DNA of 40,806 bases, taken from a virus. Taxonomy: Duplodnaviria; Caudoviricetes. Both the position numbers and the translations under genes were made by a program. The notes under the pieces were generated by a model. That model was not told where the DNA came from. It ran no database searches and saw nothing but the letters and a program-made list of their open reading frames with translations. The DNA is taken from positions 1 through 40,806 of the IMG/VR virus record IMGVR_UViG_3300027265_000006; one strand, given 5' to 3'. Each line of letters begins with the position of its first letter. Position 1 is the stretch's first letter. Positions 1 to 8,265 of the stretch are shown here, piece after piece.

Positions 1-196
1 CTGTGCTGTCTTCATCTGCAATTGCGCACCATAACTGTTGACCTGTTCCCCAGTAAGCACCACCATTGTCATACCCATCAATTAAGGTAACTCTGAATAG
101 TCTGATAATAGGCTTAGCAGGTGGCTTGCCATATTCAGACCTGCCCATATAAGCACCTCTTTCTGAGTAACCTTTCTCGAATTTGTATTCGCTCAT
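1..196 (-). CDS. Early hypothetical phage protein, partial (runs off the left edge)
   Basis: Hand translation MSEYKFEKGYSERGAYMGRSEYGKPP...GYDNGGAYWGTGQQLWC; RBS AGGAGGAG upstream; not in the ORF track. Confidence 0.75.
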   Translation of the reverse strand, partial: MSEYKFEKGYSERGAYMGRSEYGKPPAKPIIRLFRVTLIDGYDNGGAYWGTGQQLWCAIADEDST

Positions 197-229
197 AGTC
201 TCACTCCTCCTTTAATTGTCTATAAGTTA

Positions 230-787
230 TTAATATAATTTACCATTTGCAGTAAACTCATACTCATTCGCCTCTATCGTCTCAATAATCGCTTTTTCAC
301 TGGTGAGGTAATCACACTCCCTCTGAAGCATCATTGAGTAATCCTCAAGTAAGGACTTCAGGAACTCTAGGTCAATATCTTCAGTATCAATTTCATTGCA
401 ATAATCACAATACTCTGAATACCCTGATGAGCTACCAGGGACACAAAACATATCTGCATCATCCTGACATTGTCTTATCACTGACCTCTTGTACTCAATA
501 AGGTAGTCCTGTGCTGTCCTATAGGTATCACAGTGCTCACCGTGTTCAGCCAAGATAGCCTTCGCCACGTCAACGGCACTTTCAATAAACTCACCCTTAC
601 AATGCCTGTAACGGTCAAGATCAAAGCTTGTAATCTTCAATCCTATCCTTTCAGCATCCTCATAGGTGAAATCCCACCAATCATGATCAACGTTGATGTC
701 AAACAGGTTGTTTATAGCCTTCTCTTGTCCTTCAACGGACAGTTCAGCAAACTGGTAAATGTTGATTGTAACGGTCTCAGTTCTCAT
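230..787 (-). CDS. Acidic early hypothetical protein
   Basis: 185 aa, D/E rich, ends YLTSEKAIIETIEANEYEFTANGKLY; RBS GAGGAG. Confidence 0.8.
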   Translation of the reverse strand: MRTETVTINIYQFAELSVEGQEKAINNLFDINVDHDWWDFTYEDAERIGLKITSFDLDRYRHCKGEFIESAVDVAKAILAEHGEHCDTYRTAQDYLIEYKRSVIRQCQDDADMFCVPGSSSGYSEYCDYCNEIDTEDIDLEFLKSLLEDYSMMLQRECDYLTSEKAIIETIEANEYEFTANGKLY

Positions 788-793
788 TGGGTC

Positions 794-1075
794 TCACTCC
801 TCATTATCTTCAGTTGGTCCATAAGCGGACTCAAGTTCACATCCACAGTGACAGCAACACTCTTCACCCTCATAAAGGACTGTTGCACCCTCTGCTTTCC
901 ATCCGCTATGCCTGTCATGACTATTGGTTGCCTCAACGATCAGCCTGTAATTCTCACGGGCACACTTAGGACACATAAGGCCGTCAGCCATTACCATATA
1001 AACCGGATAGCCTCCTGGCCATGCGTAAGGGCTTCTTATTGCTTCCTTCACTTGTTCAAGTATTTGATTTCTCAT
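794..1075 (-). CDS. Early hypothetical protein with Cys motifs (possible Zn binding)
   Basis: YAWPGGYPVY motif, CPKC and CCCHCGC; RBS GAGG. Confidence 0.8.
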   Translation of the reverse strand: MRNQILEQVKEAIRSPYAWPGGYPVYMVMADGLMCPKCARENYRLIVEATNSHDRHSGWKAEGATVLYEGEECCCHCGCELESAYGPTEDNEE

Positions 1076-1265
1076 CGTCTCGCCTCAATATCCAAGGATG
1101 TCTCTTAATTCGTTCCAGGTTCTAGCCTCTTCATAATCTATTCCAATCTCACCTATATCGTTGATCCATACGACCTCTACTTCCAACCTGTCCTCTACAA
1201 TCACAGCGGATGTGCTGTGTTGTTCTGTATATCTCTTCATTTGTTCAAGTATTTGATTTCTCATC
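1052..1265. repeat. 25-bp direct repeat covering the first 8 codons of two adjacent early genes
   Basis: TTGTTCAAGTATTTGATTTCTCATC at 1052-1076 and 1241-1265; both proteins begin MRNQILEQ. Confidence 0.95.
1085..1264 (-). CDS. First early gene, 59-aa acidic protein
   Basis: Hand translation MRNQILEQMKRYTEQHSTSAVIVEDRLEVEVVWINDIGEIGIDYEEARTWNELRDILGY; RBS TAAGGT; below the ORF-track cutoff. Confidence 0.75.
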   Translation of the reverse strand: MRNQILEQMKRYTEQHSTSAVIVEDRLEVEVVWINDIGEIGIDYEEARTWNELRDILGY

Positions 1266-1278
1266 TCGATACCTTATT

Positions 1279-1336
1279 GGATTGTTTCGACCTTGCCTTG
1301 GTCTCGTCAGTACATTGCTTTTATGTATACACTCTC
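1279..1336 (-). ncRNA. Type III hammerhead ribozyme
   Basis: Minus strand GAGAGT-GTA-TACAT-AAAAGCA-ATGTA-CTGACGA-GACC-AAGGCAA-GGTC-GAAA-CAATCC: full CUGANGA and GAAA core, 5-bp stem I, 4-bp stem II, stem III with one G-A mismatch, GUA cleavage triplet. Confidence 0.85.
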
Positions 1337-1442
1337 ATCTGGTTACCACCTTGCCGTCATCGCTTGCGCTCAGGTATAGGGCTTATGCCGTCTTGCCTTG
1401 GCGAATCCGCCGTTGCCGTGTGTTGTCCGCTTTAATGATTCC

Positions 1443-1471
1443 AATGTACACGGTAGTGTGTTGTTTGTCAC
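1443..1471 (-). promoter_or_regulatory. Host sigma70-type early promoter
   Basis: GTGACA (1471-1466), 17-bp spacer, TACATT (1448-1443); T-tract upstream; points into the ribozyme leader and early genes. Confidence 0.7.
1448..1461. promoter_or_regulatory. Putative operator ACACG-N4-CGTGT (1 mismatch) in the early promoter spacer
   Basis: ACACGGTAGTGTGT; related copies at 5692, 37797 and 40268. Confidence 0.6.
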
Positions 1472-1479
1472 GAAAAAAG

Positions 1480-2190
1480 TGATGTCTTGTGTCGTTTAAT
1501 TGCTTTTCTTTTGTAACTATTTGATATTTCATTAGTTAGAATGAGGATTAAATGGTGACATCTGCCGACCATGTGTGCTGTGGTGTGCTGTGGTGTGCCT
1601 GGATTGAAAACAATAGATAAGAGAAAGATGAGAAAGAATTCCGACTGCAGTCATTATTGACCACGGTCGAAAAGTGCAGGCCTTAGGCCGTCCATAATAA
1701 GGTGATATAGCACAGCACAGGACATTAAGTCTTGTGTCGTAGCAATGATATCAATATCTTATGCTATATTGGTGACGTTATTGGTGTCAACTGGCCATCC
1801 TGGTCTACCTTGCTCAATCTCTTGTCCTCTTTCTCTTCATACCTTTAACTAATTGAAAACACTCAAGATCGACAAAGAAAGCTGTTCAAAGATCGAAGGA
1901 GGACCGACCCCACCGGGGGACACCACCCAGACGCATGCGTAAAGGCAGGGCTTCACATTTTTCTGCCAAATTTCAGCCTCCAAGGACCTCCATGACGCCC
2001 TCAGATATTCCACAGTCACCTATGGTTCACCATGTCCAGCCAAGGAGTGACACCCTGAAGAAGCCAAAGGAGAGTAAAGACTCCCTCAGGGTGTCAAGTT
2101 GAGCGCGTTTATCTATGGTATTGGAGTAGTCTCATCATGCATTAGCATCTGTACCATCAGTTACCTATTAGTTAACTATAAGTTTCCTCA
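1480..2190. other. Non-coding genome-end / terminal-repeat region
   Basis: No ORFs between terminase and early promoter; short repeats, hairpin at 2048-2096, phage promoter at 2194; same position as the T7 concatemer junction. Exact termini cannot be read from sequence. Confidence 0.6.
1514..1858. promoter_or_regulatory. Cluster of IHF-consensus sites
   Basis: WATCAANNNNTTR matches: TATCAAATAGTTA (minus, 1514-1526), TATCAATATCTTA (plus, 1749-1761), near match TTTCAATTAGTTA (minus, 1846-1858). Confidence 0.5.
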
Positions 2191-2193
2191 GTT

Positions 2194-2218
2194 CTCTCTT
2201 AAGAGAGGGCAGTAGTCA
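2194..2218 (-). promoter_or_regulatory. Phage RNAP promoter (phiOR-like, after terminase)
   Basis: CTACTGCCCTCTCTTAA|GAGAG aligns with T7 TAATACGACTCACTATA|GGGAG (CTC at -9..-7, C-5, T-4, A-1, G+1). Confidence 0.75.
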
Positions 2219-2250
2219 CTAATGACGCAATAACAATCAGATAGCAATGA

Positions 2251-3960
2251 TTACCTAGCATACCTGGAGTAGAGCTTACTATTCCAATTATTTCCCATAG
2301 TTACCTCTTTAACTACCCCTCGATTGACCTGATGATTGATGAAATTCTCAAGGGCTTTATCGAGGGCTTCCTGCTTGTAGCTCTTTACCGACTCATTCTC
2401 GTCCCTGGACATGCTCTCAAGCCAGTAGGCAACTGCGATGGTGAGTGCATCGACTTTATCATCATGCTTCAATGCTCCTCGCTCTTTGCACATCCGGGTT
2501 ATCTGGTAGAACAATGAGTAGTTCCGGTCAACCAATGCTGCCTTCTCGTCTTTGCGGACCACCCTCTCATCAATGATCAGCCTGTGCTGGTTCATGATTG
2601 GCTCAAGGGTGTCGATTATGCGCTTCTCCTTTTGGATGTTGTGCTTCACATCGGTGAGCTTACATTGGTGATACTGGTTCAACACCGGCTGGAAGATCTT
2701 GGTGAACATACCGTCACCGAAGTTTGCCTCAATGATGATCTCGTTGACCTTGAACTGCTTGGCGATCTTCGCCAGCTTGATAAGTGTGAGGTCATCGTAT
2801 CCCCCGGCGAACCCATCACAGTCCATGACGAACAGGTTGCCGAACAATTGATTGACTATAGCGTAGCCAGTTTGATCTTTACCTGACCCTGAGGGATCTA
2901 TGGCCATCACTCGGCCCTCATATTCAACCCAGTTGTCCTTGTCGTAGAACATAGGGCCGAACCATCGGTCCCCGGTGAACCCGATCTGGAAGAGATCCTT
3001 CATGAGTTGCTCCTTGGCAGACCCATACTGGATGCTGAGAGGAGCCTTGTCGATGTTCAGGTTGGTGATGATGAGGTCTGAGGTCTTCAGTGGGTATCTG
3101 TCTTGATCTGATAGCGAAGTGTCCAGCATGAACTGGAGAGCGAAGTCAGACTTCCCGTAGGCGAGTTCCCTCTCAAGGAGGTCTTGATCAGTGAACCGGC
3201 GTGGATCAGTGGTCTTCCCGGTGAGAGCATCGGACATCTTCTCGGCAATGAAAGGAGCCAAGGCACCGTTGTAGACATCCTTGACCGGATATCGTGCTGG
3301 CCAGATCCGACAATGGTATCCACGGTCCCGAAGGGCATTGTAGATACTCTCCTCGGTTTGAGGTGTCCCAAGGTACGTAATGCGTCCGACCTCAGGCACG
3401 ATAATAGCCTCGAACTCCATACAGGTCTTCAAGAGCTTCTCTCGCATGTCCTGGGTGAGACTGTTGTTCGGAACCTCAACGTCATCCGCAATGATATGGG
3501 TTGCACGAGATCCAGCCAGTTGCCCAAAGACGCCTGCTGACTTCACCGATGGAGCATGAGCCGCCCTGGCTGGTGCTACGTCGAAGGCGAGTTTGGACTC
3601 CCTCTGGTCTGGCAGGGGAGCGAGGTGTTTGAGGATTGGCACCTCTTTGATGAGGCGTAGTGTGAATGTGGAGAAATCATCGGCTCTCTGCTTTGACGCA
3701 GAGACAACCAAGTACTTCGATTGTGGGTCTACAAGGAGACCCCAGCAGACATAGGCACTGGTGATCCATGATTTACCGATTCCACGGAATCCTTCAATGA
3801 CTTGTCTCTTTGGTCCATGTTGGAGGTACGAGGCGATGTCATATTGGACTGGAGTCGGTTCAGGTAGCTGGAGGTGCTTCCAGATGATAAAGAGAAAGTT
3901 CCGGAAGTCATTCAGGATGGCTGGATGCACAAGTGCCGAGCTTGAATAGCGTTTCGACAT
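2251..3960 (-). CDS. terL: Terminase large subunit (T7 gp19-like)
   Basis: Walker A FRGIGKS, Walker B IIADD, nuclease motifs IDPSG and HDDKVDAL. Confidence 0.97.
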   Translation of the reverse strand: MSKRYSSSALVHPAILNDFRNFLFIIWKHLQLPEPTPVQYDIASYLQHGPKRQVIEGFRGIGKSWITSAYVCWGLLVDPQSKYLVVSASKQRADDFSTFTLRLIKEVPILKHLAPLPDQRESKLAFDVAPARAAHAPSVKSAGVFGQLAGSRATHIIADDVEVPNNSLTQDMREKLLKTCMEFEAIIVPEVGRITYLGTPQTEESIYNALRDRGYHCRIWPARYPVKDVYNGALAPFIAEKMSDALTGKTTDPRRFTDQDLLERELAYGKSDFALQFMLDTSLSDQDRYPLKTSDLIITNLNIDKAPLSIQYGSAKEQLMKDLFQIGFTGDRWFGPMFYDKDNWVEYEGRVMAIDPSGSGKDQTGYAIVNQLFGNLFVMDCDGFAGGYDDLTLIKLAKIAKQFKVNEIIIEANFGDGMFTKIFQPVLNQYHQCKLTDVKHNIQKEKRIIDTLEPIMNQHRLIIDERVVRKDEKAALVDRNYSLFYQITRMCKERGALKHDDKVDALTIAVAYWLESMSRDENESVKSYKQEALDKALENFINHQVNRGVVKEVTMGNNWNSKLYSRYAR

Positions 3961-3977
3961 TGTGTTCCTAATTACTG

Positions 3978-4020
3978 GAAATAGAAATGCCCAGGAAGCC
4001 CTCTAGGAGCCTCTCTGGGC
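3978..4020 (-). terminator. Hairpin with weak U-tract between terS and terL
   Basis: GCCCAGAGAGGCTC-CTAGA-GGGCTTCCTGGGC followed by ATTTCTATTT. Confidence 0.4.
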
Positions 4021-4077
4021 GATCAGGAGTATTTCGTGTAGGATTGGATGGATTAAGCCTTAATCATCACACAGGGC

Positions 4078-4299
4078 TTAATTGTGGCCTTGGATCTCAT
4101 CGAATGGCAGTGGCTCATCCAAGGCACCGACGTGTTCACCTTTGGGGATCTCGATGCCGATCTGGTAGTCACTGATCAACTTCAGGGCGATCTCTTTATC
4201 CTTTGGGGAAGCCGAGCCATCGGTCATGCAGTTCTTAAGGTTGTTGACGACTGACCAAAAGAGATCCTTGAGGTCTTTCTCACTGACGGCTTTGCTCAC
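4078..4299 (-). CDS. Terminase small subunit (T7 gp18-like)
   Basis: 73 aa directly upstream of terL; ASPKDKEIALKLISD and C-terminal LPFD pattern. Confidence 0.75.
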   Translation of the reverse strand: MSKAVSEKDLKDLFWSVVNNLKNCMTDGSASPKDKEIALKLISDYQIGIEIPKGEHVGALDEPLPFDEIQGHN

Positions 4300-4552
4300 G
4301 TGTGCCTCCTTTTAATGCTCTTAACTCTTCTATATACTTGTCCATCTTGTCGATCAGTTTCCCTGTGTTCTCCTCCAGGTTGCCTACCCGATTCCTGAGA
4401 ACCGGATAGTCTTCCTGTTGAGCTTGATGCTGGGCAATCCATTCGGAGTGAATCTCCTGTCTGGTTTGTAGACGTGATGCCCACCAGATCCCTGTTGCAG
4501 CCTGAAGGAAGATCGTAAAGACGAGAGCAAGGAGAGTTCCTTTGTCTCCCAT
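4280..4552 (-). CDS. Single-TM, coiled-coil lysis protein (holin-like or i-spanin-like)
   Basis: N-terminal hydrophobic helix, heptad-rich C-terminus, position in lysis cassette. Confidence 0.55.
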   Translation of the reverse strand: MGDKGTLLALVFTIFLQAATGIWWASRLQTRQEIHSEWIAQHQAQQEDYPVLRNRVGNLEENTGKLIDKMDKYIEELRALKGGTREQSRQ

Positions 4553-5328
4553 CAGGCACCTCCGTTATAAGGCTTACCGTCGAGGTAGAGCAGGCCATCC
4601 TTGACTTCCGTCTTATACCCATAGCCCTGCATGCACCCATTGACCTCATCGACCGTTGGGGTGCCGTTGGGGCTTGTGGTGCACTCTTCCCAATGCATTG
4701 GATTAACGGTGGTTGCTGCGGTCTCTTCCTTGTCCTTATCCTTGGTTGCACCGGCTCCGCTTGCAGTTGCCTGAGACTTATCGTTCGCTACGGCAACCGT
4801 TGAAGTTGTCTCGGTGGTCTTGGTCACCCCAGAGTTATCCCCAGAGGTACTGATTCGGTCCCCGACCTTCCCCATGATTGAATCGGTCAGCTTGACTGCC
4901 CCAGTGGTCACGATGCCCATCGTCACTACGCTCTTTCCATCCGATGAGTATTGCCGGTGAGATGCTTCGGTCTCCATCACGTAGGTCTTATAGGCATCCC
5001 ACATGTTGGTCCCAGGCTTACAATCATTGTCCTTGCCCCAGACACCTTTGATCATGCTCATGGTCTCCCTGTGCATCAGGGCCATGGCTTTATCGGTGCT
5101 ACCTGTAATCTTGTCGTACTGGGCGAGTTCCTGCTGCTGCTTCTCCTTTGCCCATTGGAGACATCCGCTGAGAGTGGCTTGCTCCTTCGAGGCCTCCAAG
5201 GCAACCTGGGTGGGCGTGACGAACTCAGCAGGAGACTTGGTGGAACAAGCCCCAAGGAAAAGCATAATGGTGCAGATCGTGATCAGACCAAATGTTTGAC
5301 TCAGTTGTAGCCATGCGATGTGTTTCAT
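4552..5328 (-). CDS. Lipoprotein of unknown function in the lysis cassette
   Basis: Signal peptide with lipobox LGA-C; overlapping start/stop junctions with both neighbours. Confidence 0.7.
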   Translation of the reverse strand: MKHIAWLQLSQTFGLITICTIMLFLGACSTKSPAEFVTPTQVALEASKEQATLSGCLQWAKEKQQQELAQYDKITGSTDKAMALMHRETMSMIKGVWGKDNDCKPGTNMWDAYKTYVMETEASHRQYSSDGKSVVTMGIVTTGAVKLTDSIMGKVGDRISTSGDNSGVTKTTETTSTVAVANDKSQATASGAGATKDKDKEETAATTVNPMHWEECTTSPNGTPTVDEVNGCMQGYGYKTEVKDGLLYLDGKPYNGGA

Positions 5329-5642
5329 TTCATGCCTCCGTGGGAAAGCGAGTAGTGGTTTCCATCTTTGAACCGGCCTCCCCAGGAGCCACCAATTGAC
5401 TCCCAGTATTCCCCGATGGGTTGATGATCTTCAGTACTTTGGAGCCACTTACCATCCTTAGAGAACAGGTTGAGGTCGATGGCCAGCCGCTGTTTGTGCA
5501 GGGAGGTCTCGCTACCGTAGGGACACCTTGGGTCACGATAGGCGTCACCAAGGGTGAACTCATAGCCACTCTGTTTGATGAACGTGAAAAGCTGGATGAG
5601 CATGGTGGCGAATCTCTGCTGCTTCTTCAATAATTCAGACAT
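5325..5642 (-). CDS. Endolysin, M15 family peptidase
   Basis: SLHKQRLAID, WGGRF and DGNHYS motifs; start reassigned to MSELLKK after RBS TAGGAG. Confidence 0.9.
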   Translation of the reverse strand: MSELLKKQQRFATMLIQLFTFIKQSGYEFTLGDAYRDPRCPYGSETSLHKQRLAIDLNLFSKDGKWLQSTEDHQPIGEYWESIGGSWGGRFKDGNHYSLSHGGMK

Positions 5643-5691
5643 AAAACTCCTATTGTTGTGAGGGCAGGGCGCACCGTACCCTCCAATTGTC

Positions 5692-5705
5692 ACACGATAT
5701 CGTGT
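5692..5705. promoter_or_regulatory. Putative operator, perfect palindrome upstream of the lysis genes
   Basis: ACACGATATCGTGT. Confidence 0.6.
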
Positions 5706-5727
5706 AGATCAGGACGCAAAGAAACCC

Positions 5728-5871
5728 TTACCGGATACCAATGGCCTTCTCGATCTCAACAACCCGATCTGCGAGTGCCGATACCGTGGCCTTCTTCCCA
5801 GTGTCCTGCTTGAGATTCACTTTGATCTGCTTCCGAGCCTCAAACTCAGCCTTATTGAATTTATGAGCCAT
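5728..5871 (-). CDS. 47-aa basic hypothetical protein
   Basis: Hand translation MAHKFNKAEFEARKQIKVNLKQDTGKKATVSALADRVVEIEKAIGIR; RBS GGAGGT. Confidence 0.7.
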   Translation of the reverse strand: MAHKFNKAEFEARKQIKVNLKQDTGKKATVSALADRVVEIEKAIGIR

Positions 5872-5873
5872 CG

Positions 5874-6305
5874 TTATACCTCCGGAAAGGATGGAATTAT
5901 GGATGCGAGTTCTTCCTGGGTGACCACTGCTGCGGCAAGGTCGAACACTCGGTTCTCTTCAGCGATACAGTCTGCAATGAAGTTGACCATAGTGGCCTTC
6001 TGGTCGGCTGGGTAGACACCAAGGCTCATCGAACTCTGCACCGTGAGTGGGTACTTGGCGAGGATGTGGGCTTCACAGGTTGCCTTGTTGGCTTTCTGCA
6101 CTCGGACCTTCTCGTCCTCAAACAGTTCAGCATCAAGTCCCGGCCACTCGGCCAGCTTCTCGCCGTCCCACATGTAGTGAGTTGGGTTAACGTTGAACCA
6201 CCCACAGAGGGAGGGATGGATGTCCTTGGCGTACTCGCCTTCTTTGGGGTCGCGGTTGCAGTCGATGCCTCTGTTAGTTACTGCGTTGAAAATCAATTTC
6301 CACAT
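5874..6305 (-). CDS. Putative tail fibre assembly/chaperone protein
   Basis: 143 aa directly after the tail fibre; function inferred from position. Confidence 0.5.
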   Translation of the reverse strand: MWKLIFNAVTNRGIDCNRDPKEGEYAKDIHPSLCGWFNVNPTHYMWDGEKLAEWPGLDAELFEDEKVRVQKANKATCEAHILAKYPLTVQSSMSLGVYPADQKATMVNFIADCIAEENRVFDLAAAVVTQEELASIIPSFPEV

Positions 6306-6309
6306 GGGG

Positions 6310-8262
6310 TTATCTCCTTACTCTTACAGACGAAATTACTAACTTGCCGTTGTTTACGGCAGTCTTGAAGTATCTTAACGGCGTGAACGGAAGTTCTGTT
6401 GGATTTAGGTACGTATAATTACCCCATGCGTGAGCATCGGTATCGTTGGCCGCGTTCAGTCCGTATCCTATACAGCTCTCCATGTTCACACCATCAAGGC
6501 TGGACATACCTACATCTTGCGTGCCTCCGCCGTCCCTTAAACCATAGACGATGCCAGCAATTCGGTTCTCAGGGAGAAAGGCGACATGTGAGTACTGCGT
6601 ATACGTGGGAGTGAGGTTGGACGCGAAGGTGTTTTCAGACGCCTTGCCAAACTTCATCAAGCCATCAATCATGATGAAGATGACCAGAACACCGCTTCCG
6701 GTGTTCCTGGTCCACCCTATCCATCGCCATTTCAACACGGTGCCGTCACTGGCAACTGCGGCTTCCGTGGTGTAAGCCTTCACCGCGAAGCCCCCGGCAA
6801 CCAAGCTCACCACATAGATATGGAAAATCTGGTTTGGAGTGGTGGCGAGGGCGAGCGGAGTGTCGGCAGTCAGGGCAAGAGGGACGAGGCGGGTGCTGTC
6901 CATGCATTCGCCTTTTGTGACTGTGATCTGATTGGCCCCGGTTCTGATGATGTCGAAACCGTCAATGTCGCCGTGAGGATCAAGGCCGGGGACAGTCTGG
7001 AGTCCGCTGTTGATCGCCACAGGGGCAATCTCCAGGGAGCGGTCGAGCTGCCATATCTGGAGGTCGGCGTAGATTGAGGGGATGGTGGTATCCGCCAGCA
7101 TTCCATCAGAGTTCCGAAGGCCCAATCCGTTGGTGGGTCTTGCCTCTCCTGAGTAGTATCGAATTTCGATATACCCGGCCTCACTTAGGACTACCTCCCC
7201 GCCACCTCGGCAAACCACGTTGCCATACCCACTGCCTTGGTAATCTGAGGGGGACAAGGTGTCAGTCTGGAGGATGCCGTTGACAAAGACTGCCCCTAAG
7301 AAGGTCGTTGCTGATGCAGGTGCCACCCACGTTTGGGCAAAATCTACGCGATACCTGCCAGCCGCAAGGTTGACCCTTGGAGAAGCCAGTGTGGCCCCTT
7401 GGATGTCATTCGTGATGACAGTGTTGAAGACCCTTGCGGTCCATGCATCTCCAACCATGCTGCCACCAGCAACGTTATAGGCCTCTCTGTGCTGGGCATG
7501 GAAGAAGGGATTGATCTGCTTCATCAAGGACTTCCAAGATCTCGCCCCTCCTACAGTGGACGCCAGCACCTTCCCATCCTCATCAGGATTCCCCAGTGAG
7601 TTCTCCTTCGAGGAAAGGTCGATGAACTCAGGGACATACCCATCAGTGAACGGCGTAGCGACCTTCAGGAACTTCCCTTGGTCAGCCTCGGTTAACTCTG
7701 GGAGATCCTCGGTAGCAGCCAGAGTCGCATCGCGGGCGGCTTCGGCGGTAGCTTGTGCGGTAAGAGCCGCACCCTTTGCCGCTATTGCTTCCTCCTTCGC
7801 CTCTATAGCACCGGCAGTGGGAATCATGAGGTCCACATACGCCTTCGTTGCAGCGTCCTGTGGGTCAACCGGGTTAGCCACATTGGTCACTCTTCGTCCT
7901 GCGAGATCCCAGAGGTCCGCCAGGATATCCATTGAAAGCGCGGTACCGGTTCTCTCGACCGCTTCCTGCATGATGTAGAAGAGTTCGTTCTGGCTGGCAT
8001 CGAGAGTCTCCTCATCGAGAATCGAGCTGTCCGTGAAGTCTGCAGCCCGTTCAGCGTAAGGCGTCTCCCTTTTGAGGAACAAGGTTAACCCGGCTGCTGG
8101 CATTGAGTTCATCCTGATCGTGGATGTGGTCAGCCAGGTCCACTCTTCGTTCAGGAGTCCGTTGAGGTAAACCTTCACATGCTCCCGTTCGAGATACGGA
8201 AAAGGCACAGCAAAGACTTGCACAGTCCCATCACATGGATAGGATGTATACGTATATGCCAT
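6310..8262 (-). CDS. Tail fibre (T7 gp17-type N-terminal adaptor)
   Basis: FAVPFPYLEREHVKV...RETP N-terminus; NPVDPQDAATKAYVD motif; variable C-terminal domains. Confidence 0.93.
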   Translation of the reverse strand: MAYTYTSYPCDGTVQVFAVPFPYLEREHVKVYLNGLLNEEWTWLTTSTIRMNSMPAAGLTLFLKRETPYAERAADFTDSSILDEETLDASQNELFYIMQEAVERTGTALSMDILADLWDLAGRRVTNVANPVDPQDAATKAYVDLMIPTAGAIEAKEEAIAAKGAALTAQATAEAARDATLAATEDLPELTEADQGKFLKVATPFTDGYVPEFIDLSSKENSLGNPDEDGKVLASTVGGARSWKSLMKQINPFFHAQHREAYNVAGGSMVGDAWTARVFNTVITNDIQGATLASPRVNLAAGRYRVDFAQTWVAPASATTFLGAVFVNGILQTDTLSPSDYQGSGYGNVVCRGGGEVVLSEAGYIEIRYYSGEARPTNGLGLRNSDGMLADTTIPSIYADLQIWQLDRSLEIAPVAINSGLQTVPGLDPHGDIDGFDIIRTGANQITVTKGECMDSTRLVPLALTADTPLALATTPNQIFHIYVVSLVAGGFAVKAYTTEAAVASDGTVLKWRWIGWTRNTGSGVLVIFIMIDGLMKFGKASENTFASNLTPTYTQYSHVAFLPENRIAGIVYGLRDGGGTQDVGMSSLDGVNMESCIGYGLNAANDTDAHAWGNYTYLNPTELPFTPLRYFKTAVNNGKLVISSVRVRR

Positions 8263-8265
8263 TAA

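Noticed and set aside
1366-1400. TAAGCCC...AGCG resembling a pistol ribozyme
   Set aside because: No matching P1 loop pseudoknot or downstream cleavage strand
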